From: Octopus vulgaris
Taxonomy: Eukaryota
DNA length: 64,000 nucleotides
Assembly: GCA_951406725.2 (NCBI GenBank)
Contig: OX597837.1
Coordinates: 12,400,001 to 12,464,000, forward strand
Direction: 5' to 3'
The notes beneath the pieces were generated by a model. The model saw only the letters and a program-made list of their open reading frames with translations. It made no database searches and was not told where the DNA came from. The number at the start of each line of letters is the position of its first letter. Position 1 is the first letter of the stretch. Position numbers and translations under genes: made by a program. This document shows, piece after piece, positions 26,558-39,894 of this stretch.

Positions 26558-27169
26558 CAGCCATATACTAAATCATGGATATAAAATAATTATCTTTATT
26601 TTGTAGTTATTGAGTTTCAATTTCCGCCCGTCTGCTAAAGGGTCATTCGGTGTACGTCACCTGAGTTTAAATGTAAATAACATTCTCAAATTACTGAAAA
26701 CAGATCCTGTGTTACAGTATTGCATTATTCAATTAGTGCATTTATGAAAAGACCTGTTTGCACTGCTGTGCCAACAGTACCACAGTATATACTAGAAGTA
26801 GATATTTGCCCCAAACACCGTAGATGGATAAACATATTGCCTTTGAGACTAAACTTCAGCATGTTTTCATACATTTATATGTAAGTTTATATACACACAT
26901 GCTTACACGGACACACAGAGACACACACACACACCTCCACAAAACGATCATACAAAGTAGAAGAGTTCTTAGACCCCAAATGGCATTTGACCATCCTCAA
27001 AATCATAAAAGGTGTAATTTATGGCCTGCCTACCCACCAACACACACTCAGTGACACTAAAATGGACAAAAGCTAAAAATTCTTAGAACTCCCTTGGGGG
27101 TCCAACAGGCCAAAGGAACTCCTTCTTCTTCCCTCTACCTTCCCCTTTCTCTTTAGCCTCAGATACAAA

Positions 27170-27222
<53 letters not shown>

Positions 27223-27498
27223 GATACACACATGTTCTCTCTCACACTTCCTCCTCATCCACTTCACCCTCATGTGCTATCTTGTTCCTCCCCACCACTA
27301 CGAAACTCTATAAAATGATTAAAATTCCCCACAAAGGAATTATTTTGATTTGAAAACCCCACTAGAATGGGAGAAAGCGCTAATGATCTGAATGATATGA
27401 TCTGAATGATATGATATATATATGTAAAAAATGTAATATATAAATAAATATCTGTAAATATGAACCATCCGATCTTCTGATTGCCTCATTTCTTTATA

Positions 27499-27546
<48 letters not shown>

Positions 27547-27547
27547 A

Positions 27548-28226
27548 TTACTAGTTTCAGCTCAGAGCTGCGGCCATGCTGATGCACCGCCGTTTTGTGC
27601 TACACTGTTATTGCGATGAACCTCGTGTAATATGTGGCACTTGGTGAAGAATGGAGTTTGATACAGCTACTCTCATTTGCACCTCTTGCCGTGAGGTAGG
27701 TTCATCTGGGACTCTTGACAGGAAGATGTCCAGTTTTGATTTAAAAACCGCTACATCTACTTTGTGCAGTTCCTCAGACTCTTTGGGAGAATATTAAAAA
27801 GCTGTGGGCCCTTGAAACCCAGGCTGTAACAGAAGCTGGTCCTGAAGCGTGATGGCATTGCTGGGATCTTTGGCACTATGCAGTGTCGTCCCATTCTATT
27901 ATTGGTGTAGCTTACAATGCCAAAATTTGGCACAATTCCTTCCGGGATCTTCCAGACATATATTACTGCATACCTCTCCCGTCTTCTCTCCAGGGAGTAG
28001 AGTCTTAGCTGTTTCAACCTTTCCCAGTAGCTGAGCTGTTGCAAAGAGACGATCTTCTTTGTGAATCTTCTCTGGATTGCTTCAAGGTCTGCTGTTAATT
28101 TTACTCTGGTGGGTGACCATAGCTGTGAGCAGTAATCCAGGCGACTGAGGACGAATGTCCGCCAGAGGACCATCATGGTTTCCTTATCTCTGGTTCTGAA
28201 TGTTCTTAGGATCCACCCAGCCAGTC

Positions 28227-28229
<3 letters not shown>
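27548..28229 (-). mobile_element. 5'-truncated CR1/L2-group LINE (RT C-terminus + 3' UTR) in (TA)n
   Basis: ORF 27757-28176: VLSRLDYCSQLWSP...LEAIQRRFTKKI...LSYWERLKQLRLYSLERRRERY...GPQLFNILP. Confidence 0.85.
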
Positions 28230-28264
<35 letters not shown>

Positions 28265-28266
<2 letters not shown>

Positions 28267-28592
28267 GGTAAAGACCCCCTTCGGTCATGAGTGACCATGG
28301 GTTTGCACCTAGAGAGTTACCCTCTGAGGCACAAGTCTGGGCAAGGTTGTTTTTATGGAAGACCAGTAGTCGTCCATGCATACCGGCCTCCCCTCTCCAC
28401 GCCACCAGTGTTATCCAAGGGAAAGACAAAGGTCGATACAGCTTGGCACCAGTGACGTCGCAACTCATTTCTACAGCTGAGTGAACTGGAGCAACGTGAA
28501 GTAAAGTGCTTTGCTCAAGAACACAACACGCAGCCCGGTCCGGGATTCGAACTCACAACCTCACGATCGTAAGCTCGACGCTCTAACCACTG
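28265..28592 (-). mobile_element. tRNA-derived SINE (family B/CORE-like head)
   Basis: Minus strand AGTGGTTAGAGCGTCGAGCTTACGATCGTGAGGTTGTGAGTTCGAATCCCGG...GTTCTTGAGCAAAGCACTTTAC..GTTGCTCCAGTTCACTCAGCTG. Confidence 0.8.
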
Positions 28593-29038
28593 TATATATA
28601 TATTTTAAATAAAATTCTTTTGCAGAGGGGTAAAACACGTGACAAGAACAGGATGTAAAAGCAATACAAATGAAGAAAAAACAGTAGAAAAGAACAGTAC
28701 AAATAAAGAATAACAGGGCAGGGAACCAACAATAAGGGCTTTTTTAGGCCTAGACGGTGGAAAAATTAGTTAGAACGCTATATACTACACTTTGATCTTA
28801 GCCAAAAGGCCGATATACATGCAATCACCGAAGTGTGACTGCCACCCAGCATGGAACTCTATAGCCACATCGGACACCGTACCTGCGTCAGCAGCTGACA
28901 CGCTTTCGTCAGGTGCAGGTCAATAGTCTCTAGACACCGATGGACTAAGACTACGACTACTACACAGACACACATATATACATATTATTTCTATATGTAT
29001 GTATAAGTTATGATTTTTTAAAGAATAAAGTAAGGAGT

Positions 29039-29218
29039 GGTTGTATACTGTCAACTTAACGTGACAGTCCTGTAAGGGAATTACACACCGTTGTTTAGCC
29101 CTAGGAAGCATCGACGCTTCCTGTCGGCCTTGACACAAGAGTCGATGCTTCCTAGGGCTAAACAGCGGTGGTGTAATTCCCTTACAGGACTGTCACATTC
29201 AGTTGACAATATACAACC
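29039..29218. repeat. Hairpin with ~77 bp inverted arms
   Basis: GGTTGTATACTGTCAAC...GGAAGCATCGAC / GTCGATGCTTCC...GTTGACAATATACAACC. Confidence 0.85.
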
Positions 29219-29328
29219 CTCTATCAACCACCTCTATCTATGAGATATTTAGAAATTTAATAAAGTAAGGTGTGTTAAGTCAAAATTTTAGACACCTGTT
29301 TTATATACATATATATATATATATATAT

Positions 29329-29370
<42 letters not shown>

Positions 29371-29553
29371 TGTGTTAAGGTCAGAAATTTTAAACGAAGC
29401 TTCCTGAAGGTTAAGCTGTGAAACAGTTCTTTAGAACTCCTTCTATATACATATATACTCATATATATATATTTACTATGGTTAACCCCGAATCAACCCG
29501 GGACCTACATATATATATATATATATATACATGTATGTGTGTGTGTGTGTGTG

Positions 29554-29850
29554 TGGTTTTAGTGGGCTCACGAACGTAAGATTATGAATTCCTTGTGTCC
29601 TTGAGCAAGAAACTTTATTTTTTCCGTTTGCTCCAGTCCACTCAGCTGACTCAATTGAATAGGACCTTTATTCTCAAGGAGGAACCTTTTCGTATTCTGT
29701 GTTAAGCTGAATCTCCCTGGGAACTATGTTAAGTGTTTAAGGGTGCGCGTATCTGTCGAGTACTCAGCTACATGCGCGTTAAATTCACGTGCACGCTGTT
29801 CCGTCTATCGAATCAAATGGAACACTCGTTGTCTCAACGGACGGAGTACC
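29554..29850 (+). mobile_element. Diverged SINE family B
   Basis: TTGTGTCCTTGAGCAAG..GCTCCAGTCCACTCAGCTG..CTGAATCTCCCTG.GAACTA; homologous to 44186-44508. Confidence 0.7.
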
Positions 29851-29851
29851 A

Positions 29852-29941
<90 letters not shown>

Positions 29942-29944
<3 letters not shown>

Positions 29945-30335
29945 CGCAGGAGTGGCTGTGTGGTAAGTAGCTTGCTTACCAACCACATGGTTCCGGGTTC
30001 AGTCCCACTGCGTGGCACCTTGGGCATGTGTCTTCTACTATAGCCCCGGGCCGACCAATGCCTTGTGAGTGGATTTGGTAGACGGAAACTGAAAGAAGCC
30101 TGTCGTATATATGTATATGTGTATGTGTGTGTGTTTGTGTGTCTGTGTTTGTCCCCCTAGCATTGCTTGACAACCGATGCTGGTTTGTATATGTCCCCGT
30201 CACTTAGCGGTTTGGCAAAAGAGACCGATAGAATAAGTACTGGGCTTACAAAGAATAAGTCCCGGGGTCGAGTTGTTCGACTAAAGGCGGTGCTCCAGTA
30301 TGGCCGCAGTCAACTGACTGAAACAAGTAAAAGTA
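29942..30335 (+). mobile_element. SINE family A, full length, abutting (TA)n
   Basis: Complete head, core and tail. Confidence 0.9.
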
Positions 30336-30703
30336 AAAAAAAAAGTATTCAGGAAAATAATTTTTCCATCGTCTTGGCTTAACAGCCCTCATCGTTTTGT
30401 TTTTACTGTCCTGTCCTTGTTACCACATTCACCCTCCACAAAAAATCCCAAATTATATTTAATTTGCTTGGCGGGAAGGACTGTTTCAACGAGTCGCGTC
30501 TTGTCCTTGCTTTCGAACGTGGAGTAGTTGAAACATGGACAACTGCAGAAGGGGAATATTCTTTATGTTGTATGTCTCGTTTCTCTGTTTATTTTTTTCG
30601 TTGTCCGAAAAAAAGTTCGTATCTATGTCTTTGTTATTATGTTTTCGTTTCTCATTGGGGTCAACGTTTTTTGATGTCCTGTACCCATATATGCATGTAT
30701 ATA

Positions 30704-30771
<68 letters not shown>

Positions 30772-31341
30772 ATCACCGAGGCGTGACTGCCACAGCGGAC
30801 ATTGTACCTGCGTCAGCCACAGCGGTCATTGTACCTGCGTCAGCAATAGACACGCTTTGTTCACGTGCATATCCATGGTCTCTAAACTCTGATAGACTCC
30901 TCCTCCTCCTCCTCCTCCTACTACTACTACTACTACAAAACACACAAAAATATATATGCATATATATATATAAAATACAACATGGGACAAAAACGCAAAG
31001 CATCCGGACAGCTACGTCGTACAAAAAGGGACAACAAAACATCCAGATAGACGATACAAAGTAAACAAGGACGGGTCATTCGGAGTTTTCTATCTTCAGT
31101 CAAGAACCAGATTATCCTCGCAATTTCGGCTGATTATTCTTGAGATTGCACCAATCTGGCCAGCCCCAAGGAAAAACTAAACTAAGAGCATTAGATTCCT
31201 AGGAAGACACCAACGAAGAATGTATATAAAAACAAGGACGGAAAAAACGGACAAAGTTACAGAAATATAAATACAATAATATAATATAATATAATATAAT
31301 ATGATATAATATATATATGTATATATATATATGTATATATG

Positions 31342-31481
<140 letters not shown>

Positions 31482-31516
31482 TATATATATGTACTGTTGT
31501 GTCTGAGGAGAGTCAT

Positions 31517-31566
<50 letters not shown>

Positions 31567-31628
31567 ATATATATATTTATGAAAAAACAAGTCAAAATAG
31601 AAAATGCTAAAATAATTTTATAAAGAAC

Positions 31629-31675
31629 ATTTCAGTACCGGTTTCGGTCATTTTGAGACCTTTTCAACTGTAACG
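31629..31675 (-). ncRNA. Minimal type I hammerhead ribozyme (U3-A8 covariant) in the PLE 3' terminal repeat
   Basis: cguuacag-UUGAAAA-gguc-ucaaaau-gacc-GAAA-ccg-GUA-cugaaaug; palindromic helix III ACCGGU. Confidence 0.82.
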
Positions 31676-32330
31676 ATTAAATAATTAAAGTTAGAAAAAT
31701 TAGAAGAAAAGTTTTTATAAAGGAATATTTGTATAGTAGTGTTCAAATATAAGTGGCATTCTGCCTTTCTCTGACTCCCTTGTTTGCACTTGTGTGTTCG
31801 AGGTCGTTGTGAATTCTTGGTAGGGTAGAAGAAGAAGAAGAAGGCTGATGAGGAGAGGGGGTGGAAAAATTTGGGAGTGCCTTGATTGTTGTATTTTGAA
31901 TGGTCAGTGACGGCTAGCAGTTGCAGTTCAATTCAGGAGAATATTTCTATTGAGAGATTTGTTTATGGAATTTGCGTAGGTGTTTTACTAAAAAGCATTA
32001 GTGATAAAGTTAAGAGGTAGAAGGTGGAGCAGAAGAAGAAGAAGAAGAAGAAGAAGAAGAAGAAGAAGAAGGAGAAGAAGAAGATGATGATGATGATGGT
32101 GGTGATGATGATGACGACGATGATGATGATAATGATGATGATGAAGAAGAAGAGGAAGAAGAAGAAAAAAACAGAGAAGGGAGAATATGAATGGGTGAAA
32201 GTAGTGAAGTGTTGTATGACTTGAAGTTGGCATGTTATGGATTATAGCTGTGATTGGGGATGATTCGTAATGGATTCTTTGGAATGTAATATTTGTATGT
32301 GTATTTCTTTTATTCTAAAGTTGAGGTATA

Positions 32331-34483
32331 TTAATCGTTTGTCGTAGACCCGTTAAGAAGTGGCCTGTATTTTGTAATAAAGAGAGTTTCTTTACTTATT
32401 CGTTGTCTCGAGGTTGTATCGTCCCTAAATTGGTAGAGGGGGAAAATCCTGAAGCCTGGTGTTTTGTTGTTGGCGCAAGTATCCATGTGTTGGCTGAAAG
32501 CTAATTTTCTGTTTTGGGGAATTTTTATCTGGGATCTGTGCAGGGCCATTCTTTATGCAAACTATTTTTTGTTTGGCCTATGTACTGCTCTTGACACCCG
32601 GAGCAGGTTAGTGAGTATATTAGGTTCTCCGAAGCACATGTGAAGTTGCTTTTCACTGTAAACCGTTGTCCCTGTTTGAAGGAGAACTCTGATCCTTCAA
32701 TTAGATAGTCGCATATCCCGCAATTGGGTCTTCCACATTTTTTTACTGTCGGCTTCTGTGTTGAAGAGTGAATTCGGGCTTGTGTTAGGAGACTTTTCAT
32801 GGATTTAGGCTGTCTCTTGCTTTTTATGATCGTGTGTGTTTGGAGGATTGTGTTCATTCTGTGGTCTTTTTTTAGGAAGGGTATGTTGTGGAGGATGGTG
32901 CTGAAGGCTTCGTTATTGAGAGGGTTGTGTGTGGAGATGAATGGTAAGGCTTTTGGTGGTAAGTTTTTCTTTGATTTGGGGTGTCTCAGTTCCTTGATGT
33001 TAAGTTGAAGGGCACGTTGAATGCACTTGTCAATAAGTGAAGGTGGATAGTTCCTGGTGATAAGGGTATCTTTTAGTTCTTGTAGTCGTGTGTCTCTGGT
33101 GTTTGCATAAGAGACTAAAGTGCATATCCTTTTTGCTAGATTGAAGGGGATATTCATCCTGGTGTCTCTGGGGTGGCATGAATTGAATGGAAGATATTGC
33201 TTAGAGTCTGTAGGCTTATAATATATGTCTGTTTCTATTACATTATTAGCTTTCTTAATGAGGATATCGAGGAAGGGGAGTAGTTGCTGGCTATATTCCA
33301 TCGTGAATTGGATGTTTACGTCCAGTCCGTTTAAAATTTCTTGGAATTCTATGAGTTTCTCAATATTTTCATGCCAAAGGATGAAACAGTCATCTAGATA
33401 TCTCTTCCAGTTGTTTTCTATGTAGATGGAGAAAGGGCTGCCATATCTTTCTAGAACCTTACGATACAGACTGATCTCTAGATATCCTATGACTAGGTTG
33501 GCAAAGGAGGGGGCCATTCGTGTACCCATCGCAGTCCCTGATTTTTGTCGGTAGAAGTTGTCATTGAAGGCGAAGAAGTTATTTTCCAGGATGAATTTAA
33601 CCCCTTCTATCACGAATTCTTTTTTGATGCGATGTGGTAGTTCGTTGGCGTGATTCTCTAGCCAGAATTGGATTGCCTCTAGTCCTAGGTTGTGGGGGAT
33701 ATTGGAGTAGAGGTTGACTACATCGAAGGATACCAGTATGGTGTTTTTGTTTATAGTATTCGGTAGGTGATTGAGCATATCCAAGTCGTCCCTTATATAG
33801 CTTTTGACATGTTTGAGGAGTGGTTTTAACAGGGTGTCTAAAAAGTTACTGAGGCGGTGGGTTTCGCATGCGGGACCTGCTATTATGGGTCTCAATTTGA
33901 GGTCATTAGGATTAGGGACTTTAATTATTTTGTCTGTAGCTATCTTGCATGCGTTGCTTATTTTCTCACTTTTGTGTATCTTAGGTATACCGTAGAATTG
34001 GCTGGTTTTACTTGTGAAATTGGTCATATAATCATATTCTTTGTCGGTGAGCCCTGCTTTGTATGGGTTTAACATGGATTTTAGTTCCCTCATTATTTTT
34101 TGTTGACTGTAGTTTTGTGCCTTTTCATAGTATGTTGTGTCTTCCAGCATAGAAAGTACCAAAGTTATGTAAAATGTCGTATCCATTAAGACAACAGCAC
34201 TCCCTTTATCGGCCTCTTTGATTGTTATTGTTTTATCTTGTTTTAATTTGTTCAACTCAGCCCATTCTTTTTTGCTGAAGTTTGCTTTGTGTTTTTGTTT
34301 GTGCATATGTTGATATGGGTAATTAGATATGTGGTCACATAAATCATCAAGTGTTTTGTTCTTACCGTTAGAGGGGGTGTAGTTACTCCTATTTCTGACT
34401 AACGATTCGTCCTCGTTGTATTTATCGTATAGCTCCTCAGTAAGTCTTAATTTTCTGCAGAATTCTGCGATGTCTTCTTTCAT
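32331..34483 (-). CDS. PLE reverse transcriptase + GIY-YIG endonuclease (ORF 32525-34483; frameshift near 32550, continuation 32331-32549)
   Basis: ADKG..VV, FYGIPKIHK, LRPII, SFDVVNLY, GTAMG..MAP..ANL, WKRYLDD, LPFLD, YYKPTD, CGRPNCGIC, LIYSLTC..C...YIGQT; final frame ...R...E..FI. Confidence 0.92.
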
Positions 34484-35351
34484 TTCATTGTAGTTGGAGT
34501 GTTGTGGGGTGGGTGTAAACTTGAGTCATTTGGAAAGTATGTTTATTTGGTTTGCTGTTAGTTCCTTGTGAGTTAGATTGATAATTTTTATTACTTTTGG
34601 TCCCTCCTGCTTGTTTGGTGTTATCTTGTGTCTCTGTGTTTGCGTATTGGGTCTAAAAAATGAATGCGGTGGTTGGGACGGTAGCTATTATATAGTTGTT
34701 CTTTGTTGATGTGGGGTCTCCTGTTGTGATTTATGGTGTGTGTTCTTGGAGCAGTATTGAGGAGAGCGTCCCGATATCCCATATTCGGGAGTGGTGTTCT
34801 AGGAGGCCTTCGTTGGTAATCATTGTAAGTGGTGTGGGTTTGTTGTGCATGGTTGTTTAACCGGTTGATGGGACGGAGATTTCGTTGGTAACTCTTTTGG
34901 GTGGGGATAAGGTTGCAGTATCTATGCTGTGGGTGTTGATTTATCCTTTCTCTGCTTGAAGTGGGGGTATTCCTGATATTGTATCGCTGGCTGCTTACAG
35001 AGTTAGGGTTAGGTCCTGTATTCTTTTTTTGATAGTAGTGAAGGTTCCGATTTTTAGACAGGTGTGTATCGGTGTTTGGGTGTTGTTTTGGGTTTCTTAT
35101 TTTCTGGAAAGGGTTGTTGGAGGCGTGCTCTGTTTGAAAGACGGCTTCATAGTCTGAGAACCAAGTGGCGCTTTTCTCCCAGCGTTGGAGAGATTTTAGT
35201 TCTTCTTTTTCACAGTCCTCTTTCCATAGTTTTCTCTTGATCTGGGCCTTGGGTCATATTGCGAATTTCTTCGTTGATATCTTCATCGGTGGATTTTATT
35301 TTATCCTCATTCGTTTGGGCCCTCAATTTCAGAAGTTCTATTTCCATTTTC

Positions 35352-35491
<140 letters not shown>

Positions 35492-35506
35492 TTATATATA
35501 TATGTA

Positions 35507-35797
35507 CTGTTGTGTCTGAGGAGAGTCATTTTCTTTCTGTGCCTTAGAATTTAACACATTCACCGGTAATATTTCCACTTATTTCTTATTTTTATTTTCC
35601 TTCACTCAAGACTATTGAAAAGGTTGCAAGACGCAACGAAAATTTTAGGAAAATAAAAATAAGAAATAAGTGGAAATTTTACCGGTGAATGTGCTAAATT
35701 ATAAGGCAAAAAAGAAAATGACTCTCCCCAAATACAACAGAATATGCTTCAACACACGAACTCACATAAAGAATGTTGCAAACCAAATCCAAAAACG

Positions 35798-35800
<3 letters not shown>
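35507..35800. repeat. Inverted PLE-terminus-like repeat with a degenerate HHR-like motif (35611-35650)
   Basis: Arms 35507-35600 / 35647-35740. The spacer holds UUGAAAA-g-guugc-aagac-gcaac-GAAA-auuu-UA, but helix I is poor. Confidence 0.7.
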
Positions 35801-35831
<31 letters not shown>

Positions 35832-37090
35832 CACTGAACCACAAAAGAAACCCGAGACGTGTGTGACTGTGAAATACATTTTAATTTCATTATGCCAGAG
35901 ATAAATTTTGATAAATGAGATAGAGTCAAATACTTGGACACACTTTGACCACAGTCTATGGGTCGTTGTCATGTGATATGGTAGTGGGCAGATCCAGCAC
36001 ATCGAGATTGTACGGCGTGACACGTTCAATGCAGTGTATACGCTCCCTGGGTTTTCAAAACGGCCATACACCGTCGGTACATGGAGTGCATGAGGCGGTT
36101 CACAAATCCATTACTACCTGTGCCCACAACCTGAGGAAAGCTGTCTCCAGTTCCACATGGGTTATCGGCCTTGTGACCACCTAGTTCAGCCGTCTCTGGA
36201 TTTCATACCACGTGTGTTCAATTGGGTTAAAATCCGGGCTGAGAGCCAGCCACGGTATGGTTCTGATGTTGTATTGGCGCAGGAAGACCATGGTGACCTT
36301 GGCTGTGTGGAAGGGAGCATTGTCCTGCTGGAACACATGGCTATGGTGACGCGCGAAGAAGGGCACGATGTGAGGTCTAAGGAGCTGGTCAACGTTGCGC
36401 AGCGCTGTCATGCCATTCCCTCTGCCTGCACCAACATTTTAGAACACATGGGGCCCAGTTCTCTGATTCAGGCCTACAGCACCCCGACCCATGATGCTTT
36501 GGCCACCCCACGCGTCTCGCGCCATGCCACATGCGTCCATGTAGCGTTCACCCCCCTCCTACACCACACCCTCACTCAACTGTCCGAGGGGGAAATGCTG
36601 TGCCGGTTTTCGTCAGAAGACTATCAACCTCCACTGTTGATGCTGCCAATGTCGGGGCTGTATGGCCCACTGTAGACGTGCCTGACGGTGACGGATGATG
36701 AGGACAGGCCCTCGAGCAGGACGATGGCAATGCAGGTTGTTGGCAGCCAGTCGACATGGTTCCGTGTCGTCGCTGATGGGTCACTGTCCAGTGCCAATGG
36801 TCTCGCGAGCTGTCACGCTGTCCGGTCTGAAGCGATCACGGAGATGTTGCAGCTGGATGAAGCGGTCTTTCCTGGGAGTGGCCACATTGGTGGGTGCCCT
36901 CTGTGGTAACTGTCTGCATGGCTGTTGGTGTTGTTGTGTCGCTGTTTCGGGCAATATATGGTGCTGACACGGTCATTGTAAGCTTTCGCAACAACCAGGG
37001 CACGCAGCCCTGCTTGTAATCGACCGATGGCTTGTTCTCTCTGCGCTGCTGACAATCGGGTCGTACCTGATGCGTTCAAATTTCGAATGC
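35832..37090 (-). mobile_element. Degenerate Tc1-family DNA transposon
   Basis: TA|CACTGAACC terminus. Broken transposase: RLSAAQREQAIGRLQAG (N-terminal HTH) and FQQDNAPFHTA...WLALSPDFNPIEHTW (DDE). Confidence 0.85.
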
Positions 37091-37118
37091 CAGGAACGCA
37101 CCCGGTTCATGTTGATTT

Positions 37119-37530
37119 TTATACCCAATACCTCCACGAGATGCACGTGCATTTCGGTTCCCATGACAATTGTTTGCGACTGCCACCCACAGCAATCGAC
37201 GCAGCTGCGTTTTGGCGTTTCGTTTCAGGGAAAGTGGGAAGAATACCTACCATGTGGGTTTCAGCCATAATCCTGGATGTTTTCCAAGCCTCTTCAGGGG
37301 TGTCAAATAGCAACCACACCGTTGCATATTTGACACCCCTGGAAATGAATTTAATTGTTGGCAAATACTCTTCCAACTCCTCCTCAATTGCCGTCTTTTC
37401 GAATAGGGCGATGGTGTCAAGTGCCTTGGAGTAGGTTCTCAACACCACCGTCCTATCTTCACGGTCTTTTAACCACTTTTGGGTGGTATGATTTCCCGCT
37501 CCAAAATTTTGTTATTTTTCATTGCCATAT
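37119..37530 (-). mobile_element. Possible LINE ORF1-like fragment
   Basis: Protein-like frame (VLRTYSKALDTIALFEKTAIEEELEEYLPTIKFISRGVKYATVWLLFDTPEEA) abutting the Tc1 5' part; family not recognised. Confidence 0.3.
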
Positions 37531-38289
37531 TTTTTTTTAATATATTCAAATTAAACTCAAAAGCAGGAAGAAAAAAGTTCAAAAGTCTAAATAAAATTTG
37601 ATAGATTTTTGAAAAAACAAAAAGGAGAAAGCACAACAGAAGGGAAGAAATTAACGGAAAGTCGCAATAAAGAAAAAAACAAAAGGGGGGTTAAATGAAG
37701 TTCAAAAGAAAGTTAATAAACAGAAAAAACACAGCAAAAATATTCTGGCCTTGCGGTACTCCCGGCCTGGGTTGAACCTGGAACGCCGCAACTGCAACAC
37801 GACCTCCACAAAAATGGGTCCGAAAGGTAATCCAATAGTGGCTTATTTTTATACTTTTCTTGCGAAGTACTCTGACAAGGGAATAAATTCAACAAAACCA
37901 AACACAGCACTGGCTACCGCCAACGGTAATTTTAACAGTAACTGTGTTGAATTCTGAGGATACGCCCATCCACTGTTTTTTCTTTTTTTTTTTTTTCAAT
38001 GAACACAAAAACGGCAGCCGCCTAGCGCAGGCGAAATTGCCTCAGAGTTGGACACAACCTACTGAAATAATAATTGGCACGCAATAAATTATGCCCAACT
38101 CACAATAAACAAAATCACTTACCTCGACAGCTTTCCGTTTTTGGTCTTTTTTCTTTAGTTGGACGGATCTTGTTACTCACGTCCACTCTAGCTCAACAGG
38201 AAGCAACCGACTAACTGCGCATGTGTGGTTAGCAAAGCTACTTACCACACAGCCACTCCTGCGCCTATATATATATATATATATATATA

Positions 38290-39423
38290 AAATCAAGACT
38301 AACTTCTCCTGTTCCTCCGAGAACCTTATCTACGTTCTCACATGCGCTGGTTGCCAACATAATTATGTTGGACAAACGAGTCTCCCGTTACGTAAACGAG
38401 TAACGGTGCATAAAGAACAAATAAATCTCCCGGAATACCGACAAATTCCACTGAGTGACCACTTAGACTCATGTGCTAAAGACTTAAACCCCAAATTCTA
38501 TATATTCCCCTTCTACCAATGTAAAGACGGGATCACCACACAGGAGAGAATTAACAAGGAGAATCTCTTTATTGAAAAATTCCAAACACAACTTAATATG
38601 CAAACTCCTCGTTGATCAAACTTCCTTTCTCTACCTCACTCTTCATGGATGGACTAACACAAATATATAAAGATACCATGCATTCATCACTTCAAGCTAA
38701 AACTTATATTCTTTAAATATCATTTTTACTATTGTTGTTATTACTATCATTTTTATTATAAATGATATGACAATTTGAAATGCAATTGTCTATGCAGATT
38801 TATATTATTAGAAAATAATATAAATAAAGTGTTAAAATCTGAAAGTTAAGTTAACAAGCAATTATATAAAAAAGATAATGCAAATGAAGCCAAAATGATA
38901 GTTTTATAATTTGGGTTTTATTGAAGAACTCAAAAGAGTTGTCTCCCCTTACTCACAACACAGGAACTGAAGAACCAGGACCACAATTACTACTACTTCC
39001 TGTCCTGCAACATGCTGAATTTAACAACACAACACATCACATGCTCTTAATCCCTTTGGATCTTAACACCTCAAGGTAATTTTTTGGTAAACAACCATAA
39101 AACTCAAGATACACAACGAACTCACAATGTATCGGAGAACTTATTTTTCAATTTTTGTACATTTTTATCATTATTCTTTTACAAAAAACAATGCAATTTT
39201 CTTTTTTCCCCTTTCTAATTTTTAAAAACCTTCTTAAAACATAAATATTCTTGACAAGTCATACAATGACGAAAACCGGTTGAATAAATATATATTTATA
39301 TATTTTATCATTTTCTCATTTTATTAAAATTTTCTTTCATTTGAGCATTCTGCATTTTTAAAAAAATTTTTCCTTACTTATCATTTCTCCACGTGCGGTC
39401 AACACAACCCCACCATTTATTGA

Positions 39424-39425
<2 letters not shown>
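38290..39425 (+). mobile_element. 5'-truncated Neptune-type PLE (GIY-YIG + 3' UTR) in (TA)n
   Basis: NFSCSSENLIYVLTCAGCQHNYVGQT...RVTVHKEQI...HLDSC...R..KE..FI; degenerate HHR at 39246-39286. Confidence 0.85.
39246..39286 (+). ncRNA. Degenerate minimal hammerhead (U3-A8 type) in PLE 3' end
   Basis: uauuc-UUGACAA-guca-uacaa-ugac-GAAA-accg-GUU-gaaua; one extra nucleotide in helix III. Confidence 0.6.
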
Positions 39426-39494
<69 letters not shown>

Positions 39495-39507
<13 letters not shown>

Positions 39508-39817
39508 GGAAATGAAGAAAATGCTGACAAATAATTGAAGTAATTTAAGTAATTTAATTAGGTGAAAGTTCTTTTACCGGTTGCACATTTGTTATGCTTA
39601 TCAAAATATAAAAGAGAGATTAGAGTTCCTTTCTTATAGAATTTTTCCTCTTATCCGATAAGAGGAAAAATTCTATAAGAAAGGAACTCTAATCTCTCTT
39701 TTATATTTTGATAAGCATAACAAATGTGCAACCGGTAAAAAGAACTTTCACCTAATTAAATTACTTAAACTACTTCAATTATTTGTCAGCATTTTCTTCA
39801 TTTCCTTTTTTATATAT
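39495..39817. repeat. Near-perfect ~320 bp palindrome centred at 39656
   Basis: CCTCTTATC-C-GATAAGAGG centre; arms ~160 bp; one arm recurs at ~45400-45565. Confidence 0.92.
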
Positions 39818-39846
39818 CACCACTCGTGTTCGACATCTCCTTTTTT

Positions 39847-39894
<48 letters not shown>

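Noticed and set aside
28880-28920. Minus-strand CUGACGA motif (related repeat at 30783-30860)
   Set aside because: No downstream GAAA/NUH with a paired helix II was found.
29400-29435. CTGAAGG..GAAACAGTTC
   Set aside because: No helix II or helix I pairing; chance match or heavily decayed.
31115-31175. Minus-strand ggcug...cagcc-GAAA stem
   Set aside because: Lacks the CUGANGA box and the NUH site.
36157-36675. 172-aa plus-strand ORF
   Set aside because: Antisense to the degenerate Tc1 transposase.
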